Positions 53,996 to 64,000 of a DNA stretch of 64,000 bases are shown here, piece by piece; within the stretch, counting starts at the first letter, position 1, and each line of letters begins with the position of its first letter. A program made the position numbers and the translations under genes. The stretch spans positions 18,724,001 through 18,788,000 of the forward strand of contig CM022673.1 in NCBI GenBank assembly GCA_012295275.1, given 5' to 3'. The notes under the pieces are model-generated. The model saw nothing but the letters and a program-made list of their open reading frames with translations, was not told where the DNA came from and did no database searches. This DNA is from Chrysomallon squamiferum (lineage: Eukaryota; Animalia; Mollusca).

Positions 53996-54713
53996 TTAGC
54001 AGATTCTTCCATTGCAGCAGTGATTGAAAGTAGCATCATAGACTCGAGTTCCACAGCAAGCAGGCCGTATTCCTGATCTAGGAACAATGTTTCCAGCACA
54101 GCATAGGCTGAATCTGGCGTCAAATGCCCTACTTCCGCAGCAGCCTGGTTGTATTCCTGATCTATGAACAACGTTTCCTGCACAGCATAGGCTGAATCTG
54201 GCGTCAAATGCCCTACTTCCGCAGCAGCCTGGTTGTATTCCTGATCTATAAACAATGTTTCCAGCACAGCATAGGCTGAATCTGGCGTCAAATGCCCTAC
54301 TTCCGCAGCAGCCTGGTTGTATTCCTGATCTATGAACAATGTTTCCAGCACAGCATAGGCTGAATCTGGCGTCAAATGCCCTACTTCCACAGCAGCCTGG
54401 TTGTATTCCTGATCTATGAACAATGTTTCCAGCACAGCATAGGCTGAATCTGGCGTCAAATGCCCTACTTCCACAGCAGCCTGGTTGTATTCCTGATCTA
54501 GGAACAACGTTTCCAGCACAGCATAAACTAAAATTCGGATTGTATGTTCTAAATCCGCATACAGACCCTGAAACATTAGAAATGAAAGTTAAGAAATAGT
54601 GTAAAACAGAGTTTTATTTCTGGATTAATGGTCAAATATGCAATCAGTTTAATTTCCCTATAGTATTAGGGACATCTATTATTTCAGTAAATGTATAGAC
54701 ACTGATGTTGTTG

Positions 54714-54773
<60 letters not shown>

Positions 54774-54866
54774 GGGATAATAAAAACACATCTCACCTGA
54801 CGAGTACCAAGCCGTTACGTCCTGAACAAGAAGAAAAAGTATCAAAGATAATCCAAATATCTTCAT
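53996..54866 (-). CDS. Galaxin-like secreted di-cysteine repeat protein D2, complement(join(53996..54567,54797..54866)), 213 aa
   Basis: MKIFGLSLILFLLVQDVTA-WYSS|gtgaga (phase 1), then atgtttcag|(G)SVCGFRTYNPNFSL, six 28-aa units like CCAGNIVHRSGIQPGCCGSRAFDARFSL, and CCNGRIC*. The 572-nt exon stays in frame. The ORF track shows only a shadow frame. Confidence 0.92.
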
Positions 54867-54910
54867 CTTTTTATTTTTTCTGAATAAAGAAAATATGCAA
54901 AGTTTTATAT

Positions 54911-54951
<41 letters not shown>

Positions 54952-55219
54952 ACACACATCACACATGTAAATTTGTTAGTTGCAATAATTTAAAATGCAT
55001 GAAATTCTTTTGGGCATGCGGATGAAAACAGATTAATCTGAAAACAGTTAAATAATATGACAAGTTTGGGAAAAAGGCGAAAAATCATAATAAATTAAAA
55101 CAGAAAGCAGTCGTAACATATGTTTTGGTTTAAAAATATAGTAATTTAATAGATGTCTTGGTAACATCTTACTACGTTTAGCAGTAGAGTAATAGACTTC
55201 GTAAAACGAAGTAACTTAC

Positions 55220-55299
55220 CTAGCGACACCTGGAAAAAACACAGTTCCTACGGTTTTGAAAAGAAGAATGAGAAATCGAAGAGCTGTCAGACTTTTATG
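55220..55299 (-). promoter_or_regulatory. Core promoter and non-coding first exon of gene D2
   Basis: TATA-like CATAAAAG at 55299-55292, initiator-like TCATTC about 30 nt downstream, donor TAG|gtaagt at 55219, acceptor at 54880; same layout as genes A and B. Confidence 0.62.
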
Positions 55300-55572
55300 T
55301 GTGTTGGATCGCCTTCGTGGCACAGCCAGGTGTGTGAGTTTTTACCTTGAGATTTGACACACCTCTGTTTTCAGTTAATTTAAAAGTAAATGTTTATCAC
55401 AGATGTTCAGCTTGAATCATATCTTTTGATGAAACGTTTCTCAAGTATATCAAGTTCATAGAGGTGTCATCCAGTCTTGTTAAAAATATTCATAAATTAA
55501 ACTTATAATATTATGTATAGAATGAAAGTAGATGAAATAATTTTACAGCGAATTGTTTTCATGAATACTAAG

Positions 55573-55610
<38 letters not shown>

Positions 55611-55826
55611 GAACTTATATTATAAACATTAATGTGGGATTTTAACATACTGCATGCTCTCGTCTTAGTACTCTCTGGTTTAACACTCTGAGGATCACCA
55701 CCAGACTTCAGATTATCAAATCAGTCGTTAAATGAAAGGCAACAGAGATCCCAAGAATTCAACTGGTTCCCAGAATCAGTGGACTTAATATTCTGTTGGT
55801 ATTTGAATATATTTTAGTAAACTTTG

Positions 55827-55891
<65 letters not shown>

Positions 55892-57025
55892 GATAATGTT
55901 AATGATCATGATGATTATTGGGGTGATGATGAGATGATTATAATGATAATAATCAAATACTTCAACTTGGACAGAAGCTGGAATAAGCGACACATACTAA
56001 AGCGATTTTGATATCAAAAAGATGTGGGAACAGAAGAAAAAAAAGGAGAATAAATAATTATCTCTTGTTGTTAAAATTTAGAATTTATAAAATATTTTGT
56101 ATGTTGTCAAACGCATTTGTGTAAGTCCAGTAGAGGACATCTGTGAGGGGCAAAGTAATTCCTTGCTTTATTCTTATTATAAAGACTCAACCTTTATTAT
56201 TACTACTACTACTACAACAACAACTACTACTGCTGCTGCTTTAATTTACCCTGTGTATTTACTAATCATATTTTATAACTCAAAATTTAATTCTTAATTA
56301 AATCAAAATAATATGAACATACTTTAAACACTATCAAAAGTTGTGAAGGTTATCTGACTGCAACGTATGTGAACTTAATGATAAAATTGATTTTAGTTTG
56401 TAGGAGGATAAAGGATGGGCACAACAAGTGTTTGATATAAATGATATTAAATTTATAAATAAATGTACTTTATTTATTTATTTATTTTGAACGAATACGT
56501 ATGTATTGATATATAATGTTTTTCTCTGATTAACTTCTCTTGCATATGGCTACATGTTAGTCTAAATATATATGTATTGCGCATTTATATTAATGATAAG
56601 CACTGTTGTGATCTGACTTAAAATGATTGTCATACTACATACGGTCGATACACGTATTTTATTTTATTCCTTACCTGGGTATACAGACTGTGCAAAACTG
56701 CATGGTAGAATAAATTAAATGTCATGGTGTGTTATTACTGTTGTTGTTTTATTCGTTTTTTTTTTTCAATAACAGCAATAATTCCCTAATAATAAGGATT
56801 CCTAAATGTTACGAAATATCCTTACAATAAACAATGAAATATATATTATTAGCATTAGTATTATTATTAGAAGTAGTACTAATAGTATCAGTAGTTCTTG
56901 TTTAAAGCAGTAGTAGTTGTTGCAGTACTAATATCAGTAGAAGAGATAGGAGTAGTAGTAATACTTGTTGTTGTAGTAGTAGCTGTAGTAGTAGTACTAG
57001 TTATTGTAGTAGTAACAGTGGTAAC

Positions 57026-57091
<66 letters not shown>

Positions 57092-59386
57092 CCAAATACA
57101 CATTACAAGAGGGTTAACTCAAGATGAAATCTATCGTTATCGCTACAAGTCATCAGTAAGAAACGAATCTGGTTTAAACAGTGTCCACTGAAACAATCAA
57201 TTATTTGGGTACCGAATTCATCATAATTCACAAACTCACTAGATATTAAGATATTATTTAATTCGTAAGTCGACATATAAATATGTTTTATACCAAAAGA
57301 TATTTTCGTTCTATACTTTAATATCAATTTTTTAAAAAGACTGAGTCAACAGCTACATCTGTTCAGAAATGTTTCTTTTTTGTTGTTGTATTTTTGTTAT
57401 TGTTTTTTTTTTTTTTTAAAAACATTTAAAATGTTTTTCGTGAGTGCATGGCTATTTCTATAATTATTTTAAATGTATTTTCACAGGGAATTATGCATTG
57501 TTATTACTCTGAAGAAGAAAACATTTAAATTCTATCATGTTCATATTAAATTCTAATAAAATTTATTCACATATTTATAGTGTATTAACATTCTTATTTT
57601 GTTCAGACATAAACAGCTAAGTTTTTATTGTCCAGAAAATATCACCCAATAAAATATTTTTGAAAATTCATCAGAACACTTAAAAGAGAACGTGACTAAT
57701 TTTTTTAATTTCTTGAACATAACGATTTACATAAACTAGCTTTTATTTACTTGGATAAATAGCATGACAAAATATTAATATATTACTTATATTTGGTGTC
57801 ATTTTGGTTTGATACTCAGCTCTTATGGAAGCTGATCAAACAATGATATTAACAGTAACAGTTACGCTGCTTCAAGCTTTCTTATTTGGTCTTTTCCATT
57901 TAATTTTATTATATATATCTCTCTCAGTTAAAATGAAGAGAGCCAGTTGTATTAACCAGTGTATATGTGTATGTTTGTGTGTACGTATGTGTATGCATGC
58001 ATGTATGTATGTATGTATGTATGTATTTGTTTTTTAAGTACGTTTTTACATTTTATGAATCTAATTATGTGTAGGTGTGTGTGTATTTCTCTATGTAGAG
58101 CGTGCATATTTTGAGGATGAATGAGTGTGTGTCTGTGTGTGTGTTATGTTTATTTGTGCTTGTGTAGCTGTGTATTTGTGGTACAATGTCTATGTGTGTG
58201 TACAACAATGTGTGTTTTTGTTCATTTTTTCTTTTCTTTCTTCTTTTCTTCACTTCTTGTTTACGTATATGTGTCTGTGCAATTGTTTACCTGTTTGTTT
58301 GTATGTACGTTTGTGGATTCGTATCTATGTCTATGCACGAATGTACGTGTATGATGTGTCTGACAGTGCCGGCGCGCACCTATGTGTGTTTGTGTGTATG
58401 TAGGTACATATACATTTGTGAGTCACTTGAATGTATGTCTGTATGGTTTGTTTTCTGTTTTTCTTTCGATTGTTTTGGGATTTCTTTGTGCAGTTTTCTT
58501 TTAGGGTTTTTTTTTTTTTTTTTGGTTTAGTTATTGGTTTTTCTTTTGTGATGTTTTATTATTATTATTTATTTATTTATTTATTTTTATTATTATTATT
58601 TTTTTGAATGTGTCTGCACATAAAACGTATGTATGTTATGTATGGCGAGACCTATCATGCTTCCCATTTCTTTCCTTTTTTCACATTCCAGGTAGTCGTA
58701 CATGTGAGTGAGTAGTTTCAGTCTAGCCTCTCGGCTGTCTTTTTTCTCACTGGACACGCGTTTTGAGAATCGATATTCCATCGACATATGTTGATTCGCA
58801 TTTCATTTCGGTTACGATTTTCTAGCTTATTGAATTTTTACAATTTGAAAAAAAGTTCATTCAAGAAGCAACAATATGCTGATTTCTGAAATAGTTCAGT
58901 ACACAGTGTTGTCTCGATAACTGTTAATCTGAAACACGGTAAACGTGCTTTTGAACATCAAATGAAGCTGCTGGTGATAAACATGTTTGCTCTTCAGAGT
59001 TTGAAATTCAAATGAACATTGTTGTTGTTGTATAAAGGTATTCCAAACGAACGACGTCATACAATGGATTGAAACCGTTTATATAAATTTTACACTGTAC
59101 ATTAATTTTCGATTGCTGTAAATAGAGAAATAGTCTGGGGTTCTTTTTATCTTTTTCTTTTTCTTTTTTAAATTATATGCAGCTATAACATAATTTAAAA
59201 CTGCACATAAAATTAAATTATTTTTAAATTACATAAACTATAAATATATTTCTTTAATTCACTGATTCGGATAATTTCATTTACAAATTATGTACAGTAT
59301 CTAAAACGAAACACATGACCCTTTGTCACAAATATATTTATTTATTTATTTCATTTAAATTTATTTGTTTATCATCATCATCATCA

Positions 59387-59427
<41 letters not shown>

Positions 59428-59810
59428 TACAGTTTTCATTTTCCTTATTATTAATACTAATTATGATTTTATAAAATTCAGGTTAAACGGTAGAATCCAT
59501 GTTTTTTTGGTCTATATATTTGATGTTAGATTATCTCGATTATTAGCAGCCGTTAGAAATAAAATTTTCATTAACTAAAATGTGGATTTGTGTGCATGCA
59601 TATGTGTATGATAAGAATATATAATTTTTCATTTTCTTTTTCTTTTTTTCTTAATAATGTTAATGAAGTTGAAGAAGAAAACGTATCTTACCTTAGGTTT
59701 TAGGGAAAGTTAAAAACTCGGAATGAACCGATCAACGTATATAATCTAAACTGAGTTGTATGAACTCATTATATTTAAATTTGGCTATTAGTAACATTGA
59801 AATGTTGTGG

Positions 59811-59894
<84 letters not shown>

Positions 59895-61222
59895 CTCTAT
59901 CCATCTATCCATCTATCTATCTAAAGATACATATATATCAGTATAGAATTGGTAGTCATGCTCTCCTTATCGTGTCTGGGAATATTCCAGATCTTAATAA
60001 AATCACCCCCCCCTACACATCACCGCGTTTCTCGTCGGTAACACATAACACACTTTCATTACTCGATCCTAACTTGTTAAATAACAAAACAAACAGAACT
60101 TTCAAAAACAATTCTGCATAGTATTAATAAGAAGATGTGTGCAAGGTTAGAATGATAGGTAGGAGAACTGTGTAGCATTACATTTTATAAAAATTTAACA
60201 GCTGTTTCCAACGTCTCAAAAGTCATTGTCTTGAATAATCTTTGCTTCTATTTGCTAATGGAAAAAAAAAAAACAGATGTAAAGTTCATTATTCTGCGTT
60301 TTGAAAATTATTTCCAGCCTATTAGTTGTAATTTAAGCAAATTATTAATAAATATTTCACACAATTGTGTCTGTTTAGGTAGTAATCTCCATGTGGTTTT
60401 GCTGTACGAAAAGTAATTTTAATTATAAAACTGTGTCACAAAAATGCCACCTGTGGTTTAATTTTTAAAAAAATTTAAATTATTTTGTTGTTTTTATCTT
60501 TTTATTATTTTTAAAGTTTCAAAAATTTTATTTCATTTGATAGAAATTATTTTTATTTATTTATTCATTCCGTTTACGTTGCTCAGCTTCACTACTTTTA
60601 TCCGTTTCAGCAACACAAACATTTAAACAACAGAAGAAAACTCAAATATCCGAAAAAGAATTATATTTAGAAACAAAATCGACGCAGATCTAAAGAATAT
60701 ACTAAGCTGAAGAATAAAAGAAGAAATGAATAATAAAACAAACTTTTTCACAAGCGGGAAATAGAAATCCTAACCAGTAGACACTTGAGAAGGATACTTA
60801 CCGCAGGCGTAAAACTCTTCTCTTTTTTTTGGCAAATTTATTTCATTTCTTTCCACCAGCCCCAACTTCTTTTAATGCGTGTGTGTACGTGACTTTTTTA
60901 TCTTCTTTTTTCATTTCCAAACTTGTAATAAAATTCTTTATTTGCAAACACTAAATGTGGTCATCATTATTATGTAATACAATATTCATACTGAAAATTC
61001 TGTTCAAGAAAGGGAAAATTCCTCAACGTTTCAAAAGTAACATCTTAGTGATATGTCATCAGTGTTATTACTGTTGTTGTTGTTGATGCTTCTGCTGCTG
61101 CTGCTGTTGATGTTGTTTTTCTTTGAAGTTACATTAACAAGTCAGAATCTGAGTTTGTTTTATTTTAAAAGATCAGTATGATAAAATCTGTATTACACTA
61201 TATTTTAACACACACACACACA

Positions 61223-61274
<52 letters not shown>

Positions 61275-62245
61275 CTCTCGTTATCTGGGATATTCAGTGG
61301 CAGATAAAAATTCTATAATAGCATACAACTAATAAATCTTTCTAAATTAATTATTTTGTATTCCTGATGGTAATGTTTGGCGAAATATGTTTCCCCTCTC
61401 ATTATAAATAATTCTGTATGTGACACGTACAACATGATAATGGCAGCCATGTTTATTCACGATTCGTTTTAGAAATATTTTGTTTGTTGTACTGCATTCA
61501 TTCCTTCTTAATATTAACTTTTATCGAGATTTTCCATGACAAACTACCAATATTTACAAAAGTAATTCTATTTCAGTCTAAATTCGAATTTAGTTCTGAA
61601 ATTTACTGATGTGTTTAAGTCTTTTTTTAGGGGGGACGGAGGGTGTGTGATTTATTTTTTATGTTTGTTTGTTTAGTTGTTTCGTTGGATGGTTCGTTTT
61701 CATTGTTTGTTTCCTGTTGTTGTTGTTTTGTTTTGTTTTTTGTTGTGTTTTTTGTTTTTTGTTCTTTCTTTTCTTTTGATTTGTTTTTTTACAAACACTG
61801 AACCTCATTTATTTTATGGATAGATGTTTTTTGTTCATTACTTACTTAACTAATTATTTATTTATTTATTTGATATTACATTTATCGATGAGTTCCTTTT
61901 TTAAATTAAAGTTAAAAATATAATAATAATAATAATAACAGTTAAGAGAAATCACATAAATTTTTATCATTGATAATAAATTATTTTTTATACATTATAA
62001 TAATAAATGGATATAGAACATATGATCAAACATTTAATTTTTAATAATAAACTAATTAAATTGCAAATAGAATGTATCTTACGATAACCAATACATATGC
62101 CTTTAATTTTACTACATACTGATATCGCGGAATTAGATCTGTAGATAGAAGAATTTCCAGATTAAGTAATAAACGATTTCCTTTGGGCTACGAACTAAGG
62201 TTTCTTCGCCTTAACTCTACATCCTTAAACAAGATGACAATCATA

Positions 62246-62292
62246 TTTGCGGGAGGCGAACAGAATGACATCACGTGACCAGACGTCATGAC
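62246..62292. promoter_or_regulatory. Possible housekeeping-type promoter motif cluster
   Basis: TTTGCGGGAGGCG (E2F-like), TCACGTGAC (E-box/CLEAR-like, 62271) and GACGTCA (CRE-like, 62282) within 50 bp of a CpG-containing patch. Confidence 0.38.
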
Positions 62293-62398
62293 CGAAGGTG
62301 TACACACTTGTTTGTATGTGTAAATCAGGATCGTAATGTAGTTTCGCTAATGGATTTTACTTACAAGTGACACTTAGGATACGTTTTTCACCAACACA

Positions 62399-62441
62399 AT
62401 GGAAGTTCTAAGCGAAGACCAAACCCTACAGGCGGTTCTTG
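62399..62441 (+). CDS. Candidate first coding exon of an unidentified gene
   Basis: ACAATGG start context, MEVLSEDQTLQAVL, then G|gtaaga donor about 110 bp downstream of the motif cluster. No downstream exon recognised. Confidence 0.33.
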
Positions 62442-62872
62442 GTAAGATATTTCATTGGTAATTTTAGTTTCAAAAACTTCACAGTTTGGAAGGCAGACTT
62501 CCTAAAGTTTGTGTATTGGAGTAACATGGCCTCTGTATAATAAGAACCAGTGTTTTCCTGTCATGTTTTCTTCAGTTCGCGACTTGAATTTCTGGTTATC
62601 TGTTTATTTCATCATTATTTAATTTTCTTTATAAAGATTCAGTATTTAACAAATGTATATTTAAAAAATGTTAATAGATGTTTATTTTTTTTGAAGTCCA
62701 TTTTTCTTTTTACTTATTCAGTTAATTCAATTTATTATTATTATTAATCATTTATTAATCACATTTCTGCATAGATACATATATTAAACTCCATTTAATT
62801 ATGTAATATGTTTGGTGGATACTTTTTAAAATGTATTAATTTTTATTTATTTATTTATTTTGTATTTATTTA

Positions 62873-62915
<43 letters not shown>

Positions 62916-64000
62916 ATTATAAATGATTATTATCATTATTGTAATAAGAAAGCAAATAAAGGCCACCAACTCGTATAGAAACAATGACCACATCTTCCAT
63001 TTTATAGTACATATGTCTTGACCTTTGAAGTAACTTTAATACTTCAAAAATAAGAAAATAAATTCAGCAATAGTGGATTTTAAAATATACTTCAGTTTCT
63101 AACTGTGGAACTGAGTTAACAAACTGAATTTTTTTTTCTCCCTTTTGCTCTACTTTTAACATAAAATAATTAGAAGGAAATAACAAAACACTTTTGGATA
63201 CTTTTATTTTTTTTTTTTTCCTTATTTATTTAGATTATTTCTTTATGAGTTGATATTTATTATAGACTTTATTTTTACAACACAATTATTTGATTAGAAA
63301 GCGTATCAGGTACCTTTTTTTCAAACAAATATAACTTAACATTGAAAATGGTTTAGCTACATAAAATTGACATCACCATTTCTACTACTTAAGAGAAGGT
63401 ATAGCGCTGGATAATCTTTATTAGATTACTTTTTGTGTTTGTTACCTACTTTAATAACCAATTGGTTGTACTAATGACCCTGTTTTAATACAGCTGATAG
63501 CTTATCAATACATCTATAAATATATAATTAACAAGTCAATCACCTGCATTCATTATCTCAGCTGTTAGTCCTTGTGACATGTTTGTGTTATTTATTACTA
63601 ATAATCATTTCATTTTTTCTTTCTCCATTTTTTTTTCATTTATTTATATTTTATTTACTTTTTTGTTTTTTAATGAAATGCTGATAATTTGTTGGAGAGG
63701 ATATATTATTTGCTATATATATATATATATTGTTATTTTCTTTTGTTGTTTTTTTCACTTCATTTTTTTTCCACCATGAAATGTTGGTTATTCATATTCG
63801 AGGATTAATTTGTCTATTATTTATTATGAATATGTGTGTGTTTATTAGAAAGGTGGTGTTAATTTAAATATGTTTTTGGTTGTATATGCATGCATATAAG
63901 CATATTGATGTAAATTATTCACTTTCCTCAGTATAAATTATTGCCAGAACATCTTTTTCACTATCAGTTCAGTCATTTTTTTAATCACATCTCATGCAGT

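Larger units (their letters stand above)
48002..55885. repeat. Recent tandem duplication: copy 1 about 48002-50412, copy 2 about 50418-55885
   Basis: Both copies start TAACCTTCAGCTCGCTCTGACCAAA and end TATATTTTAGTAAACTTTGAT(AAT)n. Introns and flanks are near-identical apart from a 2.78-kb transposon in copy 2, about 175 bp present only in copy 1, and 584 bp missing from copy 1. Confidence 0.9.

Noticed and set aside
53974-54576. 200-aa ORF with YAVLETLFIDQEYNQAAAEVGHLTPDSA repeats (also 48929-49714)
   Set aside because: Shadow frame of the 84-bp galaxin repeat. Splice phase, signal exon and paralogy all support the Cys-rich frame.
58596-58787. 63-aa minus-strand ORF of ordinary composition, plus isolated minus-strand donors near 56674, 59691 and 60801
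   Set aside because: No recognisable homology and no consistent exon chain could be built; an unrecognised gene cannot be excluded.

Overview
AT-rich, microsatellite-dense animal genomic DNA with GT-AG introns. It is probably lophotrochozoan or molluscan (possibly cephalopod); that is an inference from gene families and repeat style. Most ORFs in the supplied track are microsatellite or shadow-frame artefacts; the real genes are spliced and were rebuilt by hand. (1) 267-12929, minus: eight phase-consistent exons of a class B (secretin-family, calcitonin/CGRP-receptor-like) GPCR with an extra Cys-rich N-terminal region; TM6-7 lie beyond the left edge. (2) 27.7-36.3 kb, plus: two paralogous genes for secreted Gly/His-repeat proteins that share promoter motifs and intron positions. 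They flank an ORF for a small basic protein with an N-myristoylation motif and six RRxS sites. (3) 41.5-55.3 kb: five galaxin-like genes (signal peptide plus 28-aa di-cysteine repeats). Three look clearly intact, one has a less certain signal exon, and one is a pseudogene from a recent tandem duplication. (4) Decayed DNA transposons (Tigger/pogo-like, Mutator-like, Sola2-like with an empty paralogous site), a LINE 3' remnant, minisatellites and a near-palindromic intron. (5) A possible promoter and first exon of another gene near 62.3 kb. The best candidate for an undescribed system is the 28-kb cluster of small secreted His/Gly-rich and galaxin-like Cys-rich proteins.
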